64,000 bases of DNA from an uncultured Chloroflexia bacterium (GCA_963765765.1 CAVXYC010000010.1:32001-96000); one strand, 5' to 3'. Shown: positions 1-10,810, counted from the first letter of the stretch. The notes: generated by a model not told the origin, from the letters alone. Numbers and translations are program-made.

Positions 1-2
1 AG

Positions 3-341
3 GAAGCAGGCGCATTTGCCGTGGTGGTAGAGTGCGTGCCGGCGCCACTGTCGGCGCTCATCAGCCGTAAGCTCGATATCCCCACGATCGGAATTGGCGC
101 CGGGGCCGGCTGTGACGGCCAGGTGCAGGTTATTCATGACATGCTCGGGCTGTTCAATGATTTCATTCCCCGCCACGCTAAGCGATATGCGGAGCTGCGC
201 GACGTGGTTCGCGACGCGGCGAAGCAGTACATTGCCGACGTTCAGTCCGGCGCATTTCCCACGGACGCTCAAAGCTTCACCATGAACGAATCGATCCTGG
301 ACGAGCTTCGGTCCGACGAGCAGATCCGCGCGCCAGCCTGA
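3..341 (+). CDS. panB: 3-methyl-2-oxobutanoate hydroxymethyltransferase, 5'-truncated by window edge
   Basis: EAGAFAVVVECVP...IPTIGIGAGAGCDGQVQVIHDMLG C-terminal PanB motifs; directly upstream of panC. Confidence 0.95.
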   Translation, partial: EAGAFAVVVECVPAPLSALISRKLDIPTIGIGAGAGCDGQVQVIHDMLGLFNDFIPRHAKRYAELRDVVRDAAKQYIADVQSGAFPTDAQSFTMNESILDELRSDEQIRAPA

Positions 342-343
342 TC

Positions 344-1228
344 ATGCGCATCGTCACGACGCTATCCGAGGCGCGTCGGTGCCTGGAGGCACTGCCGCGG
401 CCTCATGGGCTCGTGCCTACGATGGGCTACTTGCATGAGGGACATCTCAGTCTAGTTCGCCGCGCCCGAGCCGAAAACGCGGTCGCAGCGGCAACGATCT
501 TCGTGAACCCTACCCAGTTTGGCCCGAATGAAGACCTCTCCACATACCCGCGTGATATGCCGCGCGATCTTGCGCTGCTCGAGACTGAGGGTGTGCAAAT
601 CGTGTTTACCCCCTCGGTCGAGGAGATGTATCCGCCGGGAGGAGAGACAGTAGTCTCTGTTGGAGCTCTCAGCCGCAAGCTCGAGGGAGTGGCGCGTCCA
701 GGGCATTTCGATGGCGTGGTAACCGTCGTGACAAAGCTCTTTCACGTCATGGCGCCAGATCGTGCCTATTTCGGTCAGAAGGATGCGCAGCAGACAGTTG
801 TTATCAGGCGCATGGTACGGGACCTCCGGTTTCCGGTTGAGATCGTTGTTTGCCCGACCGTTCGGGAGTCAGACGGCCTGGCATTGAGTAGCCGAAACGC
901 GTACCTCGACACCCAGGAGCGCGGGGCTGCATTGGTGCTCTCCCACGCGCTCGTGCGGGCTCAAATGCTCCACGCGAAGGGTGAGCACAGCGCCGAGCGC
1001 ATTCGATTGGAGATGCTCTCGATTCTGCGAGACGAGCCGCTTGCAGACGTGGACTATGTGAGCGTGGCCGATCCCGAAACATTGGATGAGCAGCTTTGTT
1101 CCGGAGCCGGCTCGCTGGTCTCGCTCGCAGTGCGGATCGGTCGGACGCGTTTGATCGACAATGTTGTGCTGGGTGTGACTCCCGATCTCATCGATGACGT
1201 CCGCACAATCGCCTACCGCACGCGCTAG
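344..1228 (+). CDS. panC: pantoate--beta-alanine ligase
   Basis: VPTMGYLHEGH, FVNPTQF, RPGHFDGV, FGQKDAQQ, GLALSSRN, RLIDN motifs. Confidence 0.97.
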   Translation: MRIVTTLSEARRCLEALPRPHGLVPTMGYLHEGHLSLVRRARAENAVAAATIFVNPTQFGPNEDLSTYPRDMPRDLALLETEGVQIVFTPSVEEMYPPGGETVVSVGALSRKLEGVARPGHFDGVVTVVTKLFHVMAPDRAYFGQKDAQQTVVIRRMVRDLRFPVEIVVCPTVRESDGLALSSRNAYLDTQERGAALVLSHALVRAQMLHAKGEHSAERIRLEMLSILRDEPLADVDYVSVADPETLDEQLCSGAGSLVSLAVRIGRTRLIDNVVLGVTPDLIDDVRTIAYRTR

Positions 1229-1317
1229 AATACCCGCAATGCTTCATGGCGCTGACGGGCTGGAATTCGGCTCTCCAGCGCCTTGTACGCGAATGTCGGA
1301 CCGATGGTGGAGGAGTC

Positions 1318-2676
1318 ATGCTGAATCGATCAGACAATGAGCTGATGTGCCGCGTTGGGCCCAAGACACCGATGGGGAATGTGCTCAGGCAATATTGGCA
1401 CCCCATTCTTTTGCAGTCTGAGCTGGCCGAGAACGACGGTGCGCCTTTACGTGTGCGCCTGCTGGGTGAGGATCTCGTGGCGTTCCGGGACACCAACGGT
1501 GATGTTGGCCTAGTTGCCGAGAATTGCCCCCACCGTGGTGCATCGCTGTTTTTTGGGCGCAATGAGGAAGAGGGACTTCGGTGCGTGTACCATGGCTGGA
1601 AGTTCGAGACTTCTGGCGCGTGCGTGGACATGCCCAATGAGCCACCGGAGAGTAACTTCAAGCAGAAGGTAAAGGTCACTGCATACCGCACACGAGAGCG
1701 CGGCGGAGTGATCTGGGCTTATATGGGGACGCGCGAGACGCCTCCGGAGCTGCCGTCGCTGGAGTGGAACCTGGTTCCGGCCGAGCAGGTTTACGTCTCC
1801 AAGCGATACTCGGAATGCAATTGGGTTCAGGGCGTCGAGGGCGGCGTCGACTCCAGTCACTCCGGGTTTTTGCACAGTCCACTGAGCTCGCACCGAGTCA
1901 AGGAAGAGAGCGAGCACGAGAACAACGCGGAGCTACGGACCGACGGCGGATCGCGCGGCATGATCTACAAGGCCAAGGATAAGCATCCGCACTTCGAGGT
2001 CGTGGACACGGAGTACGGGGTCTTGGTTGGTGCTCGTCGCCGCGCCGAAGAAGACTCCTGGTATTGGCGGATCACGCAGTTTCTTATGCCCTACTTCTCA
2101 ATGATTCCTTCGTACGGTGAGAGTCCAAAGATTAGCGGCCACGCCTGGGTGCCGATCGACGACAACACCACGATGGCCTGGACGGCGACCTGGCATCCAA
2201 CGCGCCCCCTCACGGAAAAGGAAGTCGAGCGCATGCACTATGGATGGGGTCTCCATCTTGGTGTGGACACGCTCGACACTCCAATCCCCGGCAAGCCAGG
2301 AAGCGAGTGGCGGCCCAAAGCAAACGCTTCGAACGACTATCTCATCGATTGGGATGCACAGCGTACGAAGGTCTTCTCAGGTCTGCCCGGTACGGCCATG
2401 CAGGATCAAGCCCTTCAGGAGACGATGGGTGCGATTTACGAGCGCTGGCACGAGCATCTCGGGACCAGCGACACGGGGATCATCCAGATGCGTCGACGCT
2501 GGCTGGCGGCAGTTCGCGAGCTCGAGGCGAATGGGACCGTGCCGACCGGTGTAGACGCTCCCGAGTCGTACCTCGTTCGGTCCGCCGGCGTGGTGCTGCC
2601 ACGAAACGTTCAATGGGTGGAAGCATCCCGCGAGTTTGTTACTGCCACGCCGGGCGTGCATCACGCATCGGCCTAG
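1318..2676 (+). CDS. Rieske non-heme iron oxygenase alpha subunit (phthalate 4,5-dioxygenase/LigXa-like), copy 1
   Basis: CPHRG...CVYHGW Rieske motif; EGGVDSSHSGFLH mononuclear Fe motif; GGAGGAG RBS before ATG 1318. Confidence 0.92.
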   Translation: MLNRSDNELMCRVGPKTPMGNVLRQYWHPILLQSELAENDGAPLRVRLLGEDLVAFRDTNGDVGLVAENCPHRGASLFFGRNEEEGLRCVYHGWKFETSGACVDMPNEPPESNFKQKVKVTAYRTRERGGVIWAYMGTRETPPELPSLEWNLVPAEQVYVSKRYSECNWVQGVEGGVDSSHSGFLHSPLSSHRVKEESEHENNAELRTDGGSRGMIYKAKDKHPHFEVVDTEYGVLVGARRRAEEDSWYWRITQFLMPYFSMIPSYGESPKISGHAWVPIDDNTTMAWTATWHPTRPLTEKEVERMHYGWGLHLGVDTLDTPIPGKPGSEWRPKANASNDYLIDWDAQRTKVFSGLPGTAMQDQALQETMGAIYERWHEHLGTSDTGIIQMRRRWLAAVRELEANGTVPTGVDAPESYLVRSAGVVLPRNVQWVEASREFVTATPGVHHASA

Positions 2677-2688
2677 CAACAACGTCAT

Positions 2689-2754
2689 GGTCCCATTTGT
2701 CCCATCCGTTCGATTTATCTTTGACGTAGAGGGACGGACGAGACAAATGGGACC
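2689..2754. repeat. intergenic inverted repeat (21-bp arms, 2 mismatches)
   Basis: ggtcccatttgtcccatccgt ... acggacgagacaaatgggacc. Confidence 0.7.
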
Positions 2755-2800
2755 CATAGAATTCCGCGTTAAGAGCGGGCATGGCGGAGATACATAGAAC

Positions 2801-3124
2801 ATGTTGACGTTGATGGTGAAGCTCTCAGTCAAGCCTGAGAAGGTGGATGAATTCCTGGCTGCGCTCGAGGTGAATGGCCGCTCGGCCGTTCGTGACGAGC
2901 CCGGTTGCTATCGTTTTGACGTGAGCCGCGGAATCGACAATCCGTCGATCATCTACCTCTACGAGGTCTATGCCGACGAGGGAGCCCTCGATGCCCATCG
3001 CGAGGCGCCGCATTTCATCAAGTGGCGCGATACCGTGAAGGACTGGTATTCGGCTGATGCCGAGCGGACGCTCGCGACCACGGTTGTACCGACCGACGCG
3101 GAGTGGAGATCGGGCAAGAGCTAG
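2801..3124 (+). CDS. antibiotic biosynthesis monooxygenase (ABM/LsrG-like) family protein
   Basis: EPGCYRFDV, YLYEVYAD, AHREAPHF dimeric alpha+beta barrel motifs. Confidence 0.88.
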   Translation: MLTLMVKLSVKPEKVDEFLAALEVNGRSAVRDEPGCYRFDVSRGIDNPSIIYLYEVYADEGALDAHREAPHFIKWRDTVKDWYSADAERTLATTVVPTDAEWRSGKS

Positions 3125-3204
3125 CAAGTCTGGGACTGCGGGCAGGACGATCGCGGTCCCAGCACTTATCATCCTTTTAGGATCCCGCGACAGGTGATGC
3201 AGAC

Positions 3205-3753
3205 ATGACCGTGCCCCCAACTGGAGAGATCGCAACCTTAGCTGGTGGTTGCTTCTGGTGCCTCGAAGCCGTCTATGACGAGCTCAAGGGCGTCGTCGAC
3301 GTCACTTCTGGATACGCCGGCGGGCAGGTTGTGAATCCTACGTACCAGCAGGTCTGTGGTGGTGACACAGGGCATGCCGAAGTCGTCCGCATCGCGTTCG
3401 ATCCAGCCAAGATCTCGTTCCGCGAAATCCTGGAGGTCTTTTTCACAATCCACGACCCCACGACGCTGAATCGTCAGGGCGCGGATGTGGGTACGCAGTA
3501 TCGATCAGCGATCTTCTATCACTCCGATGAACAAAAGCGCGTGGCGGAAGAAGTCATCGCGGAGATCGCATCGTCAGGTATCTGGAAAAACCCCATCGTC
3601 ACCGAGGTCACCCCAGTGCCTGAGTTCTATTCCGCGGAGGACTATCACCAGGAGTACTTCGCCCGGAATCCGAACCAGGGATACTGCCAGGTTGTAGTAG
3701 CGCCGAAGGTCGCCAAGTTTCGATCGAAGTTCCTCGCGAAGCTTCGCGGGTAA
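3205..3753 (+). CDS. msrA: peptide-methionine (S)-S-oxide reductase
   Basis: GGCFWC, GHAEVV, HDPTTLNRQGADVGTQYRSAI, AEDYHQ. Confidence 0.97.
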   Translation: MTVPPTGEIATLAGGCFWCLEAVYDELKGVVDVTSGYAGGQVVNPTYQQVCGGDTGHAEVVRIAFDPAKISFREILEVFFTIHDPTTLNRQGADVGTQYRSAIFYHSDEQKRVAEEVIAEIASSGIWKNPIVTEVTPVPEFYSAEDYHQEYFARNPNQGYCQVVVAPKVAKFRSKFLAKLRG

Positions 3754-3894
3754 CATCGCCCGAGCGCGCCCTTCGTTCCAGAAAATCCTACCCTCGAGAT
3801 CATGGATCGAGTACACCGGTAGAGCCTGAGCGGTAATTGGTCGATTCAGGCGAGAGTCTGTCGGTACACTCTCGCCAGCTTACGGAGGGTGCGC

Positions 3895-5637
3895 ATGGCT
3901 TCGGCTGCTCCAACTGTCGCCAATCGCGGTTTACTCGAGCGCGGACGAGGGATCTCGATCAGCGGATTGGGACTTGTGTTCGCGCTGCTGCTCGCTCTGG
4001 TGGCGTTTGTGGTCCTCTACCCGATTTTGCTGCTCGTCGTGAATAGCTTCCAGGTCGGTGTCTTCGGTCGAGAGACGACCTGGGGTCTGGACAACTGGCG
4101 CACCGCGCTGAGCGAACCCAAGTTTCGCGAGGCCATTTTTAACACGCTTGGCCTGACCGCCATCCGCCAGTTCCTTGCGTTCGGTTTCGGCGTCTGCCTG
4201 GCCTGGCTCTTTGCTCGGACGAACCTCCCTGGCAAGAGCATCCTCGAGTTTGGATTCTGGGTGGCGTTCTTTTTGCCGACCCTCACGGTCACGCTAGGCT
4301 GGATCCTGGTATTCGATGGCGAGCGTGGATTGGCCAACAGAGCGCTCATGAACTTGCCCTTCGTTCAAGGCCCCGTGTTCGACATCTACTCGTGGTGGGG
4401 AATCATCTTTGTTCACCTCGTCACGGGTACTCTGGCATCAAAAGTCATTCTGCTTACCCCGGCGTTCCGAAATCTCGACTCATCGCTGGAGGAGGCGTCG
4501 ATTGCGTCCGGCGCCAGCACGTTGAGCACACTCTTCCGCATCGTCGTCCCGGTCATGGCTCCTGCGCTGATGATCGTGATGCTGCTCGGAACGATACGAT
4601 CGCTCGAGTCGTTCGAAGTAGAGTTGATTCTTGGAGCTCCGCAGCACATCGACGTCTACAGCACCCTCATCTACCGTCAGGTTCAACAGCAGCCGCCGCT
4701 TTATGGAAACGCCACCGTCCTGAGTCTGGTGGTACTAGCTCTCATTCTGCCCTTCGTGCTTGCTCAGCAATGGATGACCAACAAGCGCAGTCACGCGACG
4801 GTGTCGGGGAAGTACGCGGCACGATTGCAGAACCTTGGCAAATGGCGATGGCCGCTCTTCTATATGGTCCTGACTGTGGTGATCATTGTGGACGTGGTAC
4901 CCATAGTCTTCATCATCATGAGCACATTCATGAAGCTCTTCGGCTTCTTTACGGTGTCAGACCCATGGACGCTGAGACACTGGCAAGAAGCGCTACGCGA
5001 TCCCAATCTACTCTCCGCCTTTAGGAACACCCTGATCCTCGGAATAGGCGCGGCGGCGCTAGCCATGTTCCTTTATATGCTTATTGCCTACATGTCAGTC
5101 CGGACTCGCTTTCGCGGGCGTGGCGCACTCGACTTCCTCACCTGGCTCCCTACAACACTCCCCGGTATCGTGATCAGCCTGGGCTTTCTCTGGCTGTTCC
5201 TCGGAACCCCGGTGTTTCGACCGATGTATGGGACGTTGTGGATCCTTATCATTGCGGTGACGCTGAGCAGCATGACAGTGGGTGTTCAGATCATCAAGTC
5301 TAATATGGTGCAGCTTGGCGCGGAGCTTGAAGAGGCCTCCTGGGCGAGTGGTGGATCGTGGTGGTATACGCTCCGCCGCGTTGTCATTCCACTGGTGGCT
5401 CCCGTGGTGGCGGTTGTAGGCGTACTTACATTTGCAACGGCCGCGCGGGCGACGAGTGTCGTCGCGTTGCTATCGAGTCGCAATATCCAGCCGCTGTCTA
5501 TGTTGCAGCTCGATCACATGTCGGATGGCGCGTTCGAGCGTGCGTCGGTGATCGGCGTGCTGATCCTTTTCCTCACCACTGGCGTAGCGCTGATTGGTCG
5601 ATACATTGGATCGAAGTCAGGGATCACCGCACGCTAA
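3895..5637 (+). CDS. ABC transporter permease, fused double domain (FbpB-like)
   Basis: Multiple TM helices and two EAA loops (LEEASIASGA; LEEASWASGG). Confidence 0.9.
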   Translation: MASAAPTVANRGLLERGRGISISGLGLVFALLLALVAFVVLYPILLLVVNSFQVGVFGRETTWGLDNWRTALSEPKFREAIFNTLGLTAIRQFLAFGFGVCLAWLFARTNLPGKSILEFGFWVAFFLPTLTVTLGWILVFDGERGLANRALMNLPFVQGPVFDIYSWWGIIFVHLVTGTLASKVILLTPAFRNLDSSLEEASIASGASTLSTLFRIVVPVMAPALMIVMLLGTIRSLESFEVELILGAPQHIDVYSTLIYRQVQQQPPLYGNATVLSLVVLALILPFVLAQQWMTNKRSHATVSGKYAARLQNLGKWRWPLFYMVLTVVIIVDVVPIVFIIMSTFMKLFGFFTVSDPWTLRHWQEALRDPNLLSAFRNTLILGIGAAALAMFLYMLIAYMSVRTRFRGRGALDFLTWLPTTLPGIVISLGFLWLFLGTPVFRPMYGTLWILIIAVTLSSMTVGVQIIKSNMVQLGAELEEASWASGGSWWYTLRRVVIPLVAPVVAVVGVLTFATAARATSVVALLSSRNIQPLSMLQLDHMSDGAFERASVIGVLILFLTTGVALIGRYIGSKSGITAR

Positions 5638-5673
5638 GAGCGCACCAATTTTCAAAAGCCAGGAGCACTTGAA

Positions 5674-6465
5674 ATGAGCTCAGGAGTGGACTTCCGGTTA
5701 GATGGCAGAGTTGCCATCATCACGGGCGGTAGCACGGGGATTGGCCTCGGGATTGCTGAAGCGATGGCGCAGGCCGGTGCGAGCGTTGTCATCGCCGCTC
5801 GACGGCCGGAGGTGGTTGACGAGGCTTGTCAAGCGATTGCATCGCAGGGTGGAACTGCCGTTGGTATCCCAACCGATGTCTCGGACTCCGAGCAAGTGCA
5901 CCGTCTCGTCGCGAATACTCGTGAGAAGCTCGGTCGCATCGATATCCTTGTGAACAATGCTGGCGGTACGTTTGGGCCAACGTTCAAGCGGGGCCCGCTG
6001 CTAGAGATGGAAGATGCCGATTTCGAAGAGTGTTGGGCTGTGAACGTCAAGAGCGCGTTTATGTGCTCCAAAGCCGCCGTTCCGCACATGATGGAAGGCG
6101 GTAACGGTTCGATCATCAACATCTCGTCTGTCAGCGGTCGAGAGAATACCGCGCCGATGGTGGGTTTTTCAGCGTATGGGTCGGCCAAATCGGCGCTGAT
6201 CGGCCTGACGCGCGGGATGTCTGTGGAGTGGGCGCCAGCAATTCGAGCGAACGTGATCGCGGCAGGCATGATAGACACGCCGCGAGTGACGGCAAGTCGG
6301 GCCGGCGATGACATGAGCGCGTGGTTGCAGACTATCGCCATGGGTCGGGCCGGACTGCCAGTTGATGTTGCTGGGGCGGCCGTGTTCCTGGCTTCGGATG
6401 CCGCGAGCTGGATGACCGGATCATGTATCGATATTCACGGTGGATTGAAAAGGTCGGTGAGCTAG
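5674..6465 (+). CDS. short-chain dehydrogenase/reductase
   Basis: TGGSTGIG, NNAG, YGSAK catalytic motif. Confidence 0.93.
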   Translation: MSSGVDFRLDGRVAIITGGSTGIGLGIAEAMAQAGASVVIAARRPEVVDEACQAIASQGGTAVGIPTDVSDSEQVHRLVANTREKLGRIDILVNNAGGTFGPTFKRGPLLEMEDADFEECWAVNVKSAFMCSKAAVPHMMEGGNGSIINISSVSGRENTAPMVGFSAYGSAKSALIGLTRGMSVEWAPAIRANVIAAGMIDTPRVTASRAGDDMSAWLQTIAMGRAGLPVDVAGAAVFLASDAASWMTGSCIDIHGGLKRSVS

Positions 6466-6529
6466 AGTCAGCAGCTCGGCTCGCCAATGTGCCGATGACT
6501 GAGAAAGCGTAGGGAAAGGAGCATTGAGC

Positions 6530-7752
6530 ATGAATCGACGTGGATTGAATGCAGTGTTCGCATCAATGGCCGCAAGCCTGATGGTGGCCGCGTGCGGCCC
6601 CGCGGCGACGCCAGCGTCTTCGCCGGCAAAATCGGAAGCCGCCAAGACTGAAGCCCCGGCAGCGAAGGCCGAGGCTCCTGCCGCCAAAACAGAGGCCGGC
6701 AAGCCCGCTGCTCAGGCACCGGCGTCAAGTGCAGACTGGCAGACCGAATGGCAGAACGTTGTAGAAGCTGCCAAAAAAGAAAAGCTGGTCATCGTCTCCC
6801 ATCCGGGCAGCGACTACCAGGCGCTCATGGAGAGCTTCAAGAAGGACTTTCCGGGTATCGAAGTCGAGCACTCCGGGCAGCGGCCGAGCGACATTTCGCC
6901 CAAGATCATCACCGAGCAGCAGAACGGCGTGTTTAACTGGGACGTCATGGCAGCGACAACGAGCAACATGAACAACGTGCTGCTGCCGGCAAACGCGTTT
7001 CAGGACATCGAGCCGTTTTTTGTACGCCGTGATGTGATGGACGACAACGTTTGGGGCGGCGGCAAATTCGAGATGTACACCTCGAATGATCAGAAGTCGA
7101 TTCTGGTCCACAACGCTTGGCTAGCAAGCCGCGTCTACGTCAACCGCGAGAAGGTGGGCGCGGACAAGCTCAATTCCATTGATGATCTACTCAAGCCGGA
7201 GTTTCAGGGACAGATTGTGGTGGACGATTGCACCGTTCCGCGCATGGTATGGGCGCCCTGGTGGGCATCTGGCAAACGAAGGGCGAGGATTTCGTACGCA
7301 CGTTACTCTCGCAGCAAAAGCCCGTGTTCCAGGATACCGTCCGTATCACGACGGAGTGGGTCGCGACCTCGCGCTATCCTATCGGCATCGGCGTTGATTC
7401 GCCGGAGCTTCGAAAGCTCCAGTCCAATGGCATAGGTACGCAGGTCGAGGTGCTGAACTTCCAGGGCGGGAACATCTCTACCCAGGGTGCCGCGGTGTTC
7501 AAGAACGCACCTCACCCGAATGCGGCCAAAGTCTTTCTGAACTGGCTGTGGTCCAAAGAAGGACAGACGGCCTTCGTTGACGCCTTCAAAGCCAGTGAGT
7601 CACCCAATAGTCGCCGGCTGGACGTGCCGGTCGTTGCCCCGGACGTCGTTCCAGATTACAAGAACTTCGGCCAGTACGTCTCGTGGTCCATGGACAATGG
7701 TCGACCAATCGTCGACCAGGTCTCCAAGCTTTGCAAGGAGATGCGTGGCTAA
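6530..7752 (+). CDS. ABC transporter substrate-binding lipoprotein, frameshifted at ~7240
   Basis: NRR plus LMVAAC lipobox, Ala/Pro/Lys linker; frame change in ...ACCGTTCCG|CGCATGG; C-terminal part has NAPHPNAAKVFLNWLWS. Confidence 0.85.
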
Positions 7753-7783
7753 TGCTCAGGGGTTCTGTGTTGAGGATGATCCT

Positions 7784-9076
7784 ATGTTGACGCGCGCCGA
7801 CAACGAGCTTCTGACTCAGACACACGCGGAAGCTCCGATGGGTGCATTCCTGCGGCGGTACTGGATTCCGGCACTTCTTCCCGAAGAGCTGCCGGAGCCG
7901 GATTGCCCGCCGGTGCGCCTGAAGCTTCTCGGAGAAAACCTCGTTGCGTTTAGAGATACCGCTGGGCGCATAGGCGTCGTCGGCGAGAACTGTCCTCACC
8001 GCGGTGCTTCCATGTTCTTCGGTCGCAACGAAGAGTCGGGCCTCCGCTGCGTCTATCACGGCTGGAAGTTCGATGCCACTGGCACCTGCGTCGATATGCC
8101 CAATGAGCCTCCCGAAAGCAATTTTAAGCACAAGGTGCGCATTACTGCGTATCCCGCGCAGGAGCTTGGCGGCGTGATCTGGATTTACATGGGGCCGCCA
8201 GAACTGCAGCCCGATGTTCCAGCCCTGGAATGGGCTCTGGTTCCAGAATCACATCGATACCACACGAAGCGTATACAGGCGTGCAATTGGGCTCAGGCGC
8301 AGGAGGGTGGAATAGACTCGAGTCATATTTCCTTCCTGCATCGCGATCAGGGGCCTGGTACGGCCAATCTCACACGCCGTCAGGTAGGTGGTACGGCACT
8401 CTCGCTGCGAGATTCAGCTCCACACTTCGAGATCGTCGGCGCACCGTACGGACTGCTGATTGGCGCTCGCCGGAACGCCGATGAGGACCATTACTACTGG
8501 CGTATTACCCAATGGATAGCGCCGTGGTACACGATGATCCCACCCTTTGGAGACAATCCCATTGGTGGGCACGCGTGGGTGCCGATTGACGACGAAACGT
8601 GCCTCACCTGGAGCTTCCAGTGGCATCCGGCGCGTCCGCTGAGCGAGGAAGAATTGAAACCTATGCGGGCGGGGTTGGGCATCCACATGGAGCTGATACC
8701 GGGAACATATGACCCGGTTCGCAATAGGGCGAATGACTACTTGATCGATCGCGATGCACAGAAGAGCGGTGCGTCATTCACTGGGATCCGAGGCATTTCC
8801 GCGCAGGACAACGCTATGCAGGAAAGCATGGGCAAAGTGTTCGACCGCACAAAGGAGCATCTGGGATCATCCGACACCGCGATCATCCAGGTACGGCGGT
8901 TTTTGATCAGCAATGCTCGGAAGGTGAGTGAAGGAGGAGCCCCGCCCGGTCTCAGTGCCGATCAGCAAAGAGTACGATCGGTATCGATAGTTATCCCGAA
9001 GTCAGTAACGGCCTGGCCGGAGGCGGCCAAGGACGCGCTGGTCGCTAGCCCCGATAATTTCTTCGTATCAGCCTAA
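7784..9076 (+). CDS. Rieske oxygenase alpha subunit, copy 2
   Basis: CPHRG...CVYHGW; EGGIDSSHISFLH; close paralogue of 1318-2676. Confidence 0.92.
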   Translation: MLTRADNELLTQTHAEAPMGAFLRRYWIPALLPEELPEPDCPPVRLKLLGENLVAFRDTAGRIGVVGENCPHRGASMFFGRNEESGLRCVYHGWKFDATGTCVDMPNEPPESNFKHKVRITAYPAQELGGVIWIYMGPPELQPDVPALEWALVPESHRYHTKRIQACNWAQAQEGGIDSSHISFLHRDQGPGTANLTRRQVGGTALSLRDSAPHFEIVGAPYGLLIGARRNADEDHYYWRITQWIAPWYTMIPPFGDNPIGGHAWVPIDDETCLTWSFQWHPARPLSEEELKPMRAGLGIHMELIPGTYDPVRNRANDYLIDRDAQKSGASFTGIRGISAQDNAMQESMGKVFDRTKEHLGSSDTAIIQVRRFLISNARKVSEGGAPPGLSADQQRVRSVSIVIPKSVTAWPEAAKDALVASPDNFFVSA

Positions 9077-9168
9077 TGCGTTACGCTGGACGGGGCAGAA
9101 TTCCCATGGGGTTCGGTCCCGGCGGTATTTCCCGATTTACATGCTGAACTGTCAAAGGAGATAGCTCC

Positions 9169-10314
9169 ATGGCGATTTCGAGCCCCGCCGCATCAGCGGC
9201 GAGCACTGCGCAGAGATCGAGTGACGTGGTCCTCGAGCTTGATACGGTCACCAAGTTTTACGGGACCGTGAAGGCTGTTGATGCTATTAGCATCAACGTC
9301 AACAAGGGCGAAGTGCTTACGCTGCTCGGACCATCGGGCTGCGGAAAAACGACGACGCTCCGAATGGTGATTGGCCTGGAGCGTGTCTCCGGCGGAGAGA
9401 TCCGTTACCGCGATCGCGTCATGGATTCCGGGAATGGTCGATCATATGTGCCCACCCACAAGCGCAACATGGGCATGGTGTTTCAGAGTTACGCCATTTG
9501 GCCACACATGACGGTGTTCGAGAATGTAGCCTATCCCCTTCGGGTACGCCGCACGCCGAACAACGTGGTGTCTGAAAAGGTCGAGCGGGCGCTGGATCAG
9601 GTCGGTCTCGGAGGCCTAGGCGGCCGCGGTGCCACCCAGCTCTCCGGTGGTCAGCAGCAGCGCGTCGCGCTTGCCCGAAGCCTTGTCTTCGAGCCGGAGC
9701 TACTCCTACTCGATGAGCCGTTCAGCAATCTGGACGCCAAGCTACGCGAGCAGATGCGCGGCGAGCTCAAGATCCTCCAGCGACGCCTGGGCATCACGGT
9801 CCTCTTCGTCACTCACGATCAGATTGAGGCGCTGAGTCTTTCCGACCGGATCGCGGTGATGAACCTGGGCAACATTGAACAGCTCGGTCGACCCCTGGAG
9901 CTCTACAACGCGCCCAAAAGCGCCATGGTTCGAGACTTTCTCGGAAGAACGCTCATACTCGATGGTGAGGTGGCGGAGCGTCGCGGAGAGACCGTGGTGG
10001 TGAGACTGAACCAGGGCGGCGTGATCGAATCGAACAATGCGTCTGAGGATCTGGGTGTCGGTACTCCATGTCAGGTGGCTGTGCGCCCGGAGAAGGTCGC
10101 CGTTCGGCCTGACCTGGCCGCTGGCGGCACGAATCGAATCAAAGGCATCCTGGAGGCCCTGCTCTTCATTGGCGATCGTTACGAGGCACGCGTGAGCATG
10201 GGTGGCAGCAACGAAGATGTCACTGTGTACATGGAAGCCGGAGCCAACTGGCAGGAAGGCCAGGAGGTGAGCCTGGAGTTCCCGGCAAACGAGCTCCGTG
10301 TCTGGCCGGTCTAG
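9169..10314 (+). CDS. ABC transporter ATP-binding protein (PotA/FbpC-like, TOBE domain)
   Basis: GPSGCGKT Walker A, LSGGQQQR signature, LLLLDEP. Confidence 0.95.
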   Translation: MAISSPAASAASTAQRSSDVVLELDTVTKFYGTVKAVDAISINVNKGEVLTLLGPSGCGKTTTLRMVIGLERVSGGEIRYRDRVMDSGNGRSYVPTHKRNMGMVFQSYAIWPHMTVFENVAYPLRVRRTPNNVVSEKVERALDQVGLGGLGGRGATQLSGGQQQRVALARSLVFEPELLLLDEPFSNLDAKLREQMRGELKILQRRLGITVLFVTHDQIEALSLSDRIAVMNLGNIEQLGRPLELYNAPKSAMVRDFLGRTLILDGEVAERRGETVVVRLNQGGVIESNNASEDLGVGTPCQVAVRPEKVAVRPDLAAGGTNRIKGILEALLFIGDRYEARVSMGGSNEDVTVYMEAGANWQEGQEVSLEFPANELRVWPV

Positions 10315-10403
10315 AGACCAGTTGCCCGGATTCCGGCCCTGACCTAAACTACATTTATGCGGGCCCAGAGCCCGCCCTCACCGTTGAATTGGAGGCGGCG
10401 AAC

Positions 10404-10724
10404 ATGAGCATGAGCCCCGAAGAGTACCTGGCGATTCCCTACGTGCTCGTCATGGAGTCCGTCGAGAAAGACGATGGCGACTGGATTCGCCGCGCAGAGT
10501 ATCCGGAGCTTCCGGGCTGCGTCGCGGAGGCGTTCTCGCCGCTGGATGCCATTGACCAGCTGGAGGAGAAGCGGGTGCGCTTCATCATGGAGCGGTTGGA
10601 ACGCGGCGAGCCGATTCCCGTACCGCGCGCACCTCTACGGGCAGGCGTAGAAGGCCCAGATCCCGACAAGCTCGGATTCGCCAAGTGGCTCGTGGATCAA
10701 GACCGCATCTCGGATAAACGCTAA
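10404..10724 (+). CDS. HicB-like domain protein (no DNA-binding domain, no hicA nearby)
   Basis: W..AEYPELPGCVAEA.S..DA...L...R...I...LERGEPIPVP is the HicB N-terminal pattern; GGAGG RBS. Confidence 0.75.
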   Translation: MSMSPEEYLAIPYVLVMESVEKDDGDWIRRAEYPELPGCVAEAFSPLDAIDQLEEKRVRFIMERLERGEPIPVPRAPLRAGVEGPDPDKLGFAKWLVDQDRISDKR

Positions 10725-10748
10725 CAGGTGACATCCCGCGCTAGCGTG

Positions 10749-10785
10749 AGCGGACCGTTCTCTCGAGGGAACGGTCCGCTTTTCC
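10749..10785 (+). terminator. rho-independent terminator
   Basis: agcggaccgttc-N8-gaacggtccgct followed by tttccattt. Confidence 0.75.
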
Positions 10786-10810
10786 ATTTGTTGAAAGTGA
10801 GAAATTTGCC

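Noticed and set aside
7230-7250. Programmed frameshifting in the binding protein, flavoprotein or CoA ligase genes
   Set aside because: No slippery heptamer with stimulatory structure seen; assembly indels are the simpler explanation
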